Source: Candidatus Multivoradales bacterium
Lineage (GTDB): Bacteria > Acidobacteriota > Thermoanaerobaculia > Multivoradales > J023
DNA: 64,000 nucleotides
Assembly (NCBI GenBank): GCA_965248925.1
Contig: CBDFLE010000005.1
Span: forward strand, 1,728,001 to 1,792,000
Direction: 5' to 3'
Shown here: positions 1-10,200 of the stretch, piece by piece
How the letters are laid out: every line of letters begins with the position of its first letter
How positions within the stretch are numbered: position 1 is the first letter of the stretch
Translations under genes and position numbers: made by a program
The notes under the pieces: generated by a model
The model's input: only the letters and a program-made list of their open reading frames with translations
Told to the model about the DNA's origin: nothing
Databases searched by the model: none

Positions 1-346
1 TGAAATGTCGAAAGTCCGCGTCGCGGGTGATCAGGGGCGTTTGGTGATCGATACAGCTTTGCGAGATCAACGTGTCGGCTAGCCGCGCCTTGAGACGCTT
101 GCTGAGCAGGCGAGAACGAATTGCCGCGGCACGCTCCCAGAATCCTGGCCGAATCTGGAGCACGGGCAGCTCCCGAACCCAACGCCCGACCCGCAGATCA
201 AGTGTTGGGTTGGAGAGGAGCTCGGTCAGCACTACAGGCGGTAGGACCGCCTGCTGCATTTCCAGAGCTGCATCCACGGCCTCGACGTCCAACCCGCGCT
301 CATCGCCGAGGAAGGCGATGAAGGAGCTGGTGTCGATGGCGATCAA
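1..346 (-). CDS. vapC: PIN-domain (VapC-type) toxin, 3' end runs off the window
   Basis: Manual translation from TTG at 346: MIAIDTSSFIAFL...VVLTELLS...LADTLISQSCIDHQTPLITRDADFRHF, with PIN acidic motifs (DTS, E, D, TRDxDF). Overlaps the antitoxin stop (TTGA). Confidence 0.85.
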   Translation of the reverse strand, partial: MIAIDTSSFIAFLGDERGLDVEAVDAALEMQQAVLPPVVLTELLSNPTLDLRVGRWVRELPVLQIRPGFWERAAAIRSRLLSKRLKARLADTLISQSCIDHQTPLITRDADFRHF

Positions 347-549
347 CGGCGGTCCTGACGCAACTCGGCAAGGTTGACTTGCAGATCTACCTTGCCGCGA
401 AGCTCCCGCAAGCGCTTGTAGGCCTCGCCAGCCGCTACCAGCTGCAAACCCTGGCGGACGGTCTCGGTGATTCCCCGTCCCGTCGAGTCCCTCGCCTTGG
501 CGAGCAGCTCTTCTGGAACGTGAACAGTGATCTTCTTGGCGCTCTGCAT
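343..549 (-). CDS. VapB-like antitoxin (RHH-type)
   Basis: 68 aa MQSAKKITVHVPEELLAKAR...LRELRGKV, directly upstream of and overlapping the PIN gene. Confidence 0.75.
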   Translation of the reverse strand: MQSAKKITVHVPEELLAKARDSTGRGITETVRQGLQLVAAGEAYKRLRELRGKVDLQVNLAELRQDRR

Positions 550-716
550 TGATGCAGTATACCGTAACCTGTGCCGTAAACTGATATGGCACTTTCTCGA
601 CCGAGCCAAAGAGGGTGGCATCTCGTTCGGAGCTGACAAGAGCATCTCCAGCCGATAGGGTCGCTGGCACCGGTCAGCTATCAACCCAGGCCGGGTGAAA
701 TTTTCAAGGGAACTCG

Positions 717-1709
717 ATGCAATACCGACTACTAGGCCGTACCGGGGTCAAAGTCTCGCCCTTGTGCTTTGGCACCATGTCCTTCGGTGGCGACGCCGAT
801 GCCGCCACCTCGGCGGCGATGTTCGGCGCCTGCCGCGACGCCGGGATCAACTTCTTCGACTGCGCCGACGTCTACAGCGAGGGCCGCTCCGAGGAGATCC
901 TCGGCCACTTGATCACCGACTGCCGCGACCAGATCGTGCTGACCTCAAAGGCCTACTTCCCGACTTCTAAAGACCCCAACGGCGGCGGGCTGAGCGCCTA
1001 TCATCTGGTGCGGGCGGTGGAGGCCAGCCTGCGACGCCTCGGTACCGACCGTATCGACCTCTACTTTCTCCACCGCTTCGACGACGCCATGCCCCTCGAA
1101 GAAGCCTTGCGCGGCCTCGAATTGCTGGTGCAGCAGGGCAAGATCCTCTACCCCGCCGCCAGCAACTTCGCCGCCTGGCAGATCGCCAAGGGCTTGGGTA
1201 TCGCCGAGCGCCGTGGTTGGGCTCCCATGGCCTGCATCCAACCGATGTACAACCTGGTCAAGCGCCAAGCCGAAGTCGAGCTGCTGCCCCTGGCTCGGGC
1301 AGAAGGGCTGGGGGTGATCTCCTACAGCCCCTTGGGCGGCGGCCTGCTGACCGGCAAATACGCTGTCGACGCCCGCCCCGAGGCTGGCCGCTTAGTCGAC
1401 AACCAGATGTACACCCTGCGTTACGGCGCCGACAACAACTACCAGATCGCCCAGCGCTTCAGCGAACACGCCCGCCAGCTTGGTCACCACCCCGCCTCCC
1501 TGGCCATCGCCTGGACTGCCGCCCACCCGGCGATCACCGCCCCGATCCTCGGCGCCCGCAACCTCGAGCAACTGGTTCCGTGCTTGGCTGCGACAGAGAT
1601 CCAGCTCACCAAGGAAGAGTATGCCGAGATCAGCCGGCTCTCACCCAGCCCGCCACCGGCTACGGATCGCAATGACGAGGGAAGTATCGATTTCTACGGA
1701 CCACGGTGA
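717..1709 (+). CDS. Aldo/keto reductase
   Basis: LGRTGVKVSPLCFGTM, FFDCADVY, SLRRLGTDRIDLY, YSPLGGGLLTGKY motifs. Confidence 0.93.
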   Translation: MQYRLLGRTGVKVSPLCFGTMSFGGDADAATSAAMFGACRDAGINFFDCADVYSEGRSEEILGHLITDCRDQIVLTSKAYFPTSKDPNGGGLSAYHLVRAVEASLRRLGTDRIDLYFLHRFDDAMPLEEALRGLELLVQQGKILYPAASNFAAWQIAKGLGIAERRGWAPMACIQPMYNLVKRQAEVELLPLARAEGLGVISYSPLGGGLLTGKYAVDARPEAGRLVDNQMYTLRYGADNNYQIAQRFSEHARQLGHHPASLAIAWTAAHPAITAPILGARNLEQLVPCLAATEIQLTKEEYAEISRLSPSPPPATDRNDEGSIDFYGPR

Positions 1710-1762
1710 CGTAGCTCTCCCGACATCGCCATACCGCCTCCCTGCTGCGAAAAAACACTAAG

Positions 1763-1796
1763 GCCGTCGAATCAGCATAAATGCTGATTCGACGGC
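1763..1796. repeat. Perfect 16-bp inverted repeat (terminator or REP-like hairpin)
   Basis: GCCGTCGAATCAGCAT-AA-ATGCTGATTCGACGGC, about 50 bp after the AKR stop. Confidence 0.7.
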
Positions 1797-1929
1797 TCCT
1801 CTCAGCGGTTTTCTAGAACTGAGCGCCACCTGAACCGTCTGAAGGTACCCATTCAAGCTATTACCAGAGCCTCCGTGCGGGACTGCGTGCCGACGAGCCA
1901 GCCAGATCGACGCTATCGCCGCTCTTCAT

Positions 1930-2416
1930 CCGCCAACCGCTAACCCACCACATGGACGGTGAGCAAGACCCGTGGACGTTGAGGATCGGGCTCGATTTTC
2001 TTGCGTAGCGACACTACATGGACATCGACCGTGCGGTCGACACTCCCTGGCGATCGAGCCGCTGCCAGCTGGCCTGGCCGGCATCATCGATCTGCCGCAA
2101 GTAGGCATCTCGCCACAGCTGGTTGAGCAGTCGAACTTGGCCACGGCTCCAGGGTTTGGGCCAGCAGTGGCCGCCGCGGCCATTAGGCGATCCAGGTCGA
2201 AGCCTGGATCAACGGCAGGTGCCAAGCAAAGATGGTGGCGTCGAACTCTTCGCGGAAGGCCTCGACGCTGGCTGCCAGATCGGCGCCACGGCGCTCGGCC
2301 TCGACGTCGTGCAACTGGCCGATCCAGCGGTATTGCAACCAACCGACGACCAGCAGCACCACCAGCAAGCCGGTGGCCGCCAGCCACAGCGCACTTTGAT
2401 TCAACAGCTTTCTCAC
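1930..2416 (-). pseudogene. N-terminal remnant of a membrane sensor histidine kinase
   Basis: TM helix followed by LQYRWIGQLHDVEAERRGADLAASVEAFREEFD; stops at 2183 with no kinase domain; left boundary approximate. Confidence 0.55.
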
Positions 2417-2581
2417 CCGACGGATTCTAGCCTGTCACTAGCCCCCGACTGGCCCAGCGCCAGCAAGCCTTACATTCTTAACAACTTCTTGCAGCGGCCT
2501 AACCACTTTCTCCGTCCAGCCACCTACCTTGCAGAGTGCCCGGCCACCGCCAGGCCCCAAACCTGAACTGGAGAACCGAGA

Positions 2582-3205
2582 ATGCCAAATCTCTTGAGCC
2601 GCACTGCCGCCTTCGCCTCCCTGATCTGCCCTCTGGCCCTCTTGATGCAGGCTCAGACCGCCGCCGAGCCGACCACCGCAGGGAGGGTGGAGTTCGACAT
2701 CGACTACGAGGACCTGGGAGCGCTCGGCGCCATGATGCCGAAAAAGCAGACCCTCTCCTTCCGCGCCGGCCAACGCCGTATCGAGATGGGCGGTTCGGTC
2801 ACTCTGATCGGCGTCGAACCCGGCAAGCAAATTCAACTGATGGACTTCGGGGGAAAGAAGGTCGCCTTTGTTCTTCCTGAGGAGTCCGACCTCGGAGCGG
2901 CAGCCAGCGATCTGCGCCGGGAGCAAACCGACCGCCGCGAGCTAGTCGCCGGGCTTTCGGCGCGGGCGGTCGACCTGGTCGATGTGCTCGATCCGAGCAA
3001 CCGCCTGCCGCTGCCGGTCACCGATCAGATCGCCACCACCAGCAGCCATCTGCACTCTGAACTAGAAGGCTTTGCCCTGGACTATTACCAGCCGATTCAG
3101 GACGGCTTGGGCCATTGGCGAGCCCAGCGAGCCGAGGCCGAGAAACTCGACCCGGCACTGTTCACCATTCCCGCCGACTATCAGCGTATCGAGCTCCCTG
3201 GCGGT
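2582..3205 (+). pseudogene. Secreted DUF4412-like protein whose stop was lost by fusion to a downstream fragment
   Basis: Signal peptide; typical C-terminal LDPALFTIPADYQ; then reads into nonsense over the ABC fragment. Confidence 0.5.
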
Positions 3206-3570
3206 GCGCAACCTGCTCGAACGGACCAATCTCTGGCATGTGCGCCAGTGCAAGCTGGGTACTTTCTCGGGCGGTATGCGACAGCGCTTCGGCATCGCCC
3301 AGGCGCTACTCGCCAAACCGCAGCTAGTGATCGTCGCCGAACCCACCAGCGGCCTCGATCCGGAGGAGCGGGCGCGCTTTTTCGATGCTCTGTCGGAAAT
3401 TGGCGACGGGGTGGTGGTGGTGCTGTCGACCCACATCGTCGACGATGTCGCCCAGCTGGCCTCGCGGCTGGCGATTCTCGACCGCGGCCAGCTGCTCTTT
3501 GTCGGCAGCCCGCAGCAAGCAGTGGCCGGAATCGAGGGCAAGATCTGGACTACGGTGGTACAGCCGGCAC
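3200..3570 (+). pseudogene. C-terminal fragment of an ABC transporter ATPase
   Basis: FSGGMRQRFGIAQAL signature, degenerate Walker B VIVAEPTSGLDP, STHIV; no Walker A or start. Confidence 0.8.
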
Positions 3571-4186
3571 ACCTTGGACGAGAGGCCGTTGTCGCGCATC
3601 CAAGGCGGCCAGCAGCACTTGCACTACAACAAGGGAGCGCTAGCGACCTGGGCCTTGGCCGACCGCATCGGCTACGAGCGAATGGGACGCGGCTCTGGCC
3701 GAATACTTGCGCCGCTACGCCGGCACCTCGGCCCCTTACCCCACCACCGCTGACTTCTTGAGGATACTGAAAACCCACGCTGAGCCACGGCACCACTCCT
3801 TGATCAACGATCTATTCGAACGCATCACGTTTGATGATCTGGAAACCCGCCAAGCCGACTGCCTGGACCTGCCCAACGGCCGTTTCCGAGTCACCCTGGA
3901 GGTGATCGCCAGCAAATCCTACGCCGATGGCGCCGGCAATCTGACCCTCGCGGGCCTCGAGCGGCCGATCGAGATCGGGGTCTTCGGTGAGAAGCGGGTG
4001 CTGCGCAAGAAAGTACCGAGGCAGCTGTCTCTTGAGCGCCACCAGCTGGCGAGCGGTCCGCAAACTTTTGAGATCGAGGTCGAATCGCGCCCTCAGCGAG
4101 CCGGCATCGACCCCTACTTCAAACAAATCGACCAGGATCCCTTCGACAATGTCCAAGAACTGAAATGCAAGCCGGCGCCATCGTAG
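3565..4186 (+). pseudogene. C-terminal fragment of an ABC-2 permease/M1 aminopeptidase fusion protein
   Basis: ERPL...QQHLHYNKGAL, then frameshift to APYPTTADFL...DLFERIT...AGIDPY; HEXXH region absent. Confidence 0.7.
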
Positions 4187-4317
4187 CCCTGCCCTTGCTC
4201 CTCTACTGTCCCTTTGTGAGACACTGCTGGCGGTGAATAGCCAACAGAGTTCGGGCGTACCGGTAGCTAACCGCACCGATCTTGCCGACGAGGTTCAGTC
4301 CACGACAAGGAGACAAC

Positions 4318-4632
4318 ATGTACCTGAGCAACACCGAGACCATCCCTGGGAGGCAGACTGTCGAGTTCTACAGCATTGTCAGTGGCAGCACGGTGCGCGC
4401 CAAGCATGTCGGGCGCGACATCATGGCCGGGCTCAAGAACCTGGTCGGCGGCGAACTCAAGGGCTACACCGAGTTGCTGCAGGAGTCGCGCCGCGAAGCG
4501 GTGCAGCGGATGTGCCAACAAGCCGAGTCGTTGGGCGCCAACGCCATCGTCAATGTGCGCTATTCCACCAGCTCGGTTGCTCAGGGCGCCGCCGAGCTAT
4601 TCGCCTACGGCACTGCCGTGAAGGTGGAGTGA
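4318..4632 (+). CDS. YbjQ/UPF0145 family protein
   Basis: GSTVRAKHVGRDIMAGLKNLVGGELKGYTELL...AYGTAV; RBS AAGGAG. Confidence 0.92.
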   Translation: MYLSNTETIPGRQTVEFYSIVSGSTVRAKHVGRDIMAGLKNLVGGELKGYTELLQESRREAVQRMCQQAESLGANAIVNVRYSTSSVAQGAAELFAYGTAVKVE

Positions 4633-4633
4633 A

Positions 4634-5113
4634 ATGGAGACCACGAGTATCCTCCAGGCTTTCGCACCGCTGATCTTCAGCGTCCTCCTGTTGCTGGTCA
4701 CCTACCTGATCGGCAGCTCCCTAGAGCGTCGCCACTTCGCCGACCTACGCCGCCGCGAGGCAGCGAATAAGGGATTCCCGGTGATCAGTTTCGAGACTTT
4801 GCCAGACGGCTGGCAGATGGTCCGCGGCCATCTAGTGGCCGGCAGCGTGGTGATCTCGCTGGACTACTTCAAACGCTTCCTGGGAGCGGTCCGGGGCTTG
4901 ATCGGTGGCCGGATCAAGAGCTACGAACCCCTGCTCGACCGCGCCCGCCGCGAAGCTATGCTACGGATGATCGATCAAGCACGCTCCAAGGGCTACGACG
5001 CGGTGATTAACACCCGCCTCGAAACCTCCCGTCTGGCCACTGCGAGGGGCAACGGCAAAGGCACCGCGGGGGTCGAGATTCTCGTCTTTGGTACCGCTAT
5101 CAAGCGAGCTTGA
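4634..5113 (+). CDS. YbjQ-family protein with N-terminal TM helix
   Basis: GSVVISLDYFKRFL...GGRIKSYEPLLDRARREA...FGTAI. Confidence 0.88.
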   Translation: METTSILQAFAPLIFSVLLLLVTYLIGSSLERRHFADLRRREAANKGFPVISFETLPDGWQMVRGHLVAGSVVISLDYFKRFLGAVRGLIGGRIKSYEPLLDRARREAMLRMIDQARSKGYDAVINTRLETSRLATARGNGKGTAGVEILVFGTAIKRA

Positions 5114-5158
5114 GTTCGCGACTCAGATCGATGTGCCGAGCAGGCCAGGGACACTGTG

Positions 5159-6566
5159 CCCGCCAGTTGCATAGAAAACTCGCTCAATCTGGTGTAAACC
5201 ACTGAAAGCCAGCTGCTTACCTAAGAAACCGTCCTGGCGGTCAACTTTACCGCCAGTGAGGTTAGCCAACACCTCGTTGGAGCCTCTGGTAAACGTAAAA
5301 CGGCAGCCTTCATAGGGTATAATTGTGAAACAACAGAAACACACCAATTACCCACAGAGGGTCGCCGAGATGAAGCTTACCAGTAAATAGGTCCAGTGCC
5401 GAACCAGGACTCTGCCCCAGCTTCAGTTCGCTGACCAGAAGCTCACCTCGTTCTCGGGACTCATGCTCTTTCAGAGCTTGTTTCAGAAGCTTGACCTGCG
5501 GCATCGACTCCGTGCTTGTTTTCGCCATGCCGAAGCGAAACCCACCTACGACCGTGCCCTCTTGGTTCGCGGCCTGATTGTTCATTTCTTGTTGGGATTC
5601 TTGTTGGGATACAGGAAGTTGCGCGACATGGCTTTAATCGTGACGACCCCATGGTGCTGCGCTTGTTGGGTCTCAGCCGGTTGCCTGATGTCGCCACTCT
5701 CAGCCGCGCTCTGGCGCAGATCGATTCGCGGGCACCGGACCGCCTGCGTGAGCTTTGCCGAGATCTCGTCTTACGGCGGTCGGCTACAACCGCCGTAAGA
5801 AAGGCCAGAGGAGCTACTACCCGCTGTTCTGCACCGTTGCGCAGACTGGCCAGGTCTTCGACTTCCATCATCACCCTGGAATGTGCACGACTCCTACGGC
5901 GCCGAGACCTTCATCCGAGACTGTATCCGCAGGATCCGCAACGTCCTACCGGACGCGATCATCGAGATCCGCATGGACGGAGCTTTCTTCAGTGACGCGC
6001 TGATTTCCATGCTGGAGGAGTGTGGTGTGGAGTTCACCATCTCTGTGCCCTTCCCGCGATGGCTCGACCTCAAGAGCCGCGTCGAGAAGCGCCGCCGGTG
6101 GACTCGGGTCAACGACCAGGTTTTCGACTTCGAGTTCCGCTGGAAGCCGAAGAGCTGGAAGCGCCGCGCTCGGTTTCTCGCCATTCGATCCGCCAAGGCC
6201 GGGCAGCACAAAGAGCCGTTGCAATTGGACCTCTTCATCCCCCAGGTCTTTGGCAACGAATTCAAAGTGGTGGTGACGAATAAGGCTATCTCCGCGCGCC
6301 ACGCCGTCGCCTTCCGCGAAGGCAGAGGTGCCCAAGAAGCGATTTTCGGCGAGCTGAAGTCCGAGGGGCAGAGGGACTACATTCCGGCGCGCACGCTGCT
6401 CGGGAATCAGGTGTACCTGCTGGCAACGATCTTCGCCCACAACCTCAACCGCTAGGTGTCCTGACGCAGACTCTTGGGGTAAATCGGGCAATCAAGCATG
6501 AGTTTCTTAGCTACCTCGGAACGCTCGGAGCGGCCGCCTGAGGGGAGATCTTATGCAACGATCGGG
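5159..6566 (+). mobile_element. Degenerate IS1380-family element (transposase pseudogene 5370-6455)
   Basis: Fragments [52 protein letters not shown] in several frames; early TAG; 12-bp tandem duplication TTCTTGTTGGGA; imperfect IRs CCCGCCAGTTGCATAG / TTATGCAACGATCGGG. Confidence 0.8.
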
Positions 6567-6654
6567 TTTACTTGGATCTATGCGCTAGATCTGGGACTAG
6601 CGAGGCTGCCTGGCGGTTTCGACAAGCGCGGGAGATCCAGCGTCGTAGGTTTGG

Positions 6655-6925
6655 GCCATCGGCGATCGGGTGTGGCTGGATGCCGACGGGGATGGGGTCC
6701 AGGATCTCGGTGAACCGGGCCTGGCCAACGTCACGGCCGAGCTGTTCGATCCGGGCCTGGGCGGTATGGTGGGCGGCGGTGACGATGTGCTGGTGGCGAC
6801 GGCGACCACCGACGCCAACGGCAACTACCTATTCGACCACCTACTGGCCGGCGACTACTTCGTGGCGGTGGACGACACGACGTTGCCCACCGGTCTGACC
6901 ACCTCGCCCGGCACCACCTTCTGGT
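6655..6925 (+). pseudogene. Orphan SdrD B-like repeat fragment
   Basis: [16 protein letters not shown]...[10 protein letters not shown]...GDYFV, the same repeat type as in the giant gene; no start or signal peptide. Confidence 0.75.
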
Positions 6926-7274
6926 CAGCACCTTTCTGGTCGGAGAGAGCTTGGCAGAGCCCGTGGGAGCAACGGCCATGCAGAGGGCTGCGTGGAGTCG
7001 CTCCAACCTCGCCGGCTACTGCCAAGACCTCGAGGGCCTGTGACCCAGGCCACCGTGCCGAGAGCCTCGCCTCTGGGGGAATCTCCCGTCTGACACGAAG
7101 TTCAGAGAATGTCCTACAACCTTGCCACTAGCCGTCGCTCCATCGTCGCCTTTAAGATACAGGGGTAGGTCGCGCAGTCTCGGTCGACTGCCTGTCTACT
7201 TGTCTGCAACTTCTGCACTGATCCCCGCCAGGTAGGGCCTACCTTAACCCTCCTGTTTTCTTTTTCCAAGAGGT

Positions 7275-10200
7275 TTGGTGATGTCTTCTAGTACATTGGT
7301 TTTCTTGCCGAGTGGTGGTTTCGCGCCCCGGTGCGCATCTCCTCGGGTCGGGCGTGGCGCACTTTTCCTGGCCATGGCTTTTTTGTTCCTGGTTCCCTTC
7401 GAGATCCAGGCGCAGCCCGCCCTCGAGGCGTCGATCAACGCCGGCTACAACTACGTGGTCGATTCGAACGTGCTGTCTCCCTCCACCTACGCTCCCTCGG
7501 TAGCCACGGTCATGGGAAGACTCTGCAATACGGGGACGGTTCCGCTGACGGATGTGTCGGGCTACATCGGCGACATGACCGCGGGGACGCCCGGCCTCTA
7601 CCCGACCCGGGACAGCTCCGCAGCTGCCTTCATCACCGAGCATCCTCATCTCGCCACCACCGGCCTCTACTCGCTCACCCATGTCGGAGGGAGCGCGGGG
7701 TTGGCGGATGCGACCCGCTATGTCGGCAGCCTGGATGTCGGTGAGTGTCGGACGCAGTATTGGCATATGACCTATCCGCGGCGGACCAACCCGGACAACA
7801 CGGGACCGGATCCGGTGTGGGGTCTCACCCGGGATCCCGACGACGACCTGTGGCTGACCTTTGACATCTGGGTCACCTCCACCGAAGGAGCATCGGCTTC
7901 CGCTACACACCGCGCCACCCTGCGCAACGAGATCTCCGCTAACGCCAACAAGATCGAGCCCAACGGCGGTATCTGGTTCAACGATCCCTCGATGGTCAAG
8001 CCCGGTGAGTTGTTGATCACCAACGGTTTCAACTATGACCTCGGGGTCATCAACAAGGGTTTCGACAACGATGGCGATCTCGACTTCGACTTCAACGCCT
8101 GGCTACAGCCGATCGGTGATCCCTCGTACGATCCCAGCTGCTACCGCCTGGTCAAGACCGAAGGGCAACTAGTCATCTCTCGGTCCGGGGGCAATCCGGA
8201 CACCATCATCGATTTCGTCGACCAACTCTACTTCACGGATCTTCCCGATGACAATAACGGCGGCCTCGGAGTCGTCAAATACACGTTCCTGGCCTTGAAC
8301 GGCCCCTGCGCGACCACCATCACTCCCTACCAGGAGGTGGCATCCGGTGCGGATAACGAGAAGTTCGCCGGCGATTTCGGAACAGAGGCACCCTCCTTGG
8401 AGAGCCTTCCGGCGGACGTGACCCTGGACAAGTCCGTGGACAAGAGTTCGGCGAACCTCGGCGAGACCCTGACCTATTCCATGGACATCGAGAACACCGG
8501 TGCGAGCGCCGTGGGCCAGCCCGACTTCGGAACCCCTCTGGTGGTTCGGGACTCGATTCCCTCCGGCACGAGTTATGTCGCCGCCTCGGCCAGCTTTGTC
8601 CTTGGCTTCAGTCCGAACGATGGCGTCCGAACGCTCTTCTCGACCGACGGCGGCACGATCTGGTCCTCCACCGAACCGGCGAATCCGGCTCTCGTCACAG
8701 ATCTCCAATGGTGGCTGAGAGATCCTCTACCTGCCGCTACCACCGGGACCTTTTCGTTTCAGGTGACGATCGACGCGGGATTCGGCGGCCTCTCGATTCC
8801 CAATACGGCCGGTCTCTCCTTCGCCAACGCCGGTCCGTTCGCCGAGGACTCGGCCTTGACCCTGATTTTGGGAACGAACACCATCGGTGACTTCATCTGG
8901 CGGGACCTCGATCAGGACGGCGTCCAGGACGGAGGTGCCGAGACCGCAATCTCCGACGTCACGGTCTCTCTCTATTTCGATGCCGACGGTGACGGCTTGA
9001 TCGGTCCCGGCGACCTGCTCATCGGTACTACCACCACGGCCGTCGACGGCTCCTACTCCTTCCCCGATCTTGTCGACGGTGACTTTGTCGTACAGGTCGA
9101 CAAGGCGGATCCGGACCTGGGGGTCGGCTGGGCGCTGACCACTGACGAGACGATCGCCGTAACCCTGGCCGGAGGCGACTTCCTCACCGCCGACTTCGGA
9201 TTCTCGCCGATCCTGGCTCTCACCAAGACCCTTACCTCCGCCTCGCCGGCCACCGAGGGCGAGCTCGTCACTTATGACATCCAGCTGACCAATCTGCTCG
9301 AAGAAGGCGGGGCTGGCGGGGAGTGTGTCTATACCGAATGGGCGAATGACGAAAATGGAAGCGGATTCAACAATCCCACGAATGCATTAGGTGCTCCGGA
9401 TGGGCAGTACGCGGACACGACGTCAACCAACATCCCCTTTCTGGGAGGAGCCTTTAACTTCGTTCCAGCGGATTTGAGTGAGGAGATAGTCAAGGTCGAG
9501 GTATTGGCGTGGGCCTATGTCGATTTCTCCTCCCCGCCCCTGGGCGACCTAAGTATCACCCTCCAACAGTGGTATAATCAGATGCCCGGTACCGTGTTCG
9601 AAATATTCACTTCCTTCACCACTCCCAGCTCCAACGACTACATTGGCAGCGCCAATGCTGGCCTCCTGGTCTTGGACGCCACCTCCGCTAGAACCTGGTC
9701 TCAGTCGGATCTCAACACACCCTCCGTGACCTTGGGGCACTCCAGTATCATTAGGTTTTCTTACTCAGGAGGGGGAGGCGAAACGGCCACTTTCTTTGTC
9801 GATGCGCTCGGAGTGAGGGTAACGACTCAATGTAGCGGTCCGCTCGGAGGTGTCATTCAACCCTTGCCACTGGCCGATACCTACAACGCGGATCTGCTGG
9901 AATTCGTCTCCGCGGTGCCGCCGGTGAGCAGTGTGACCACGGGGGGGGCGACGCCCTACACCAACACCGGTGCCCTCTCGTGGGCTGACGTAGGCCCTCT
10001 CCCGGGGCTGACCTCGAGTTCGGTAACGGTGACTTTTCGGGCGCTTGAGCCTCCGGACACCGATGCCGACGGCGAGAATGACCCGGCCTTCCTGCCCAAC
10101 GATGCCCTAGCGACTGGCGCCTTCCTCGTGGACGGTACGCCGGTCAACGAAGCGAGCGACGACGCTGATACCACCGTCAACCCGAGAGGTACCTTCTCGG

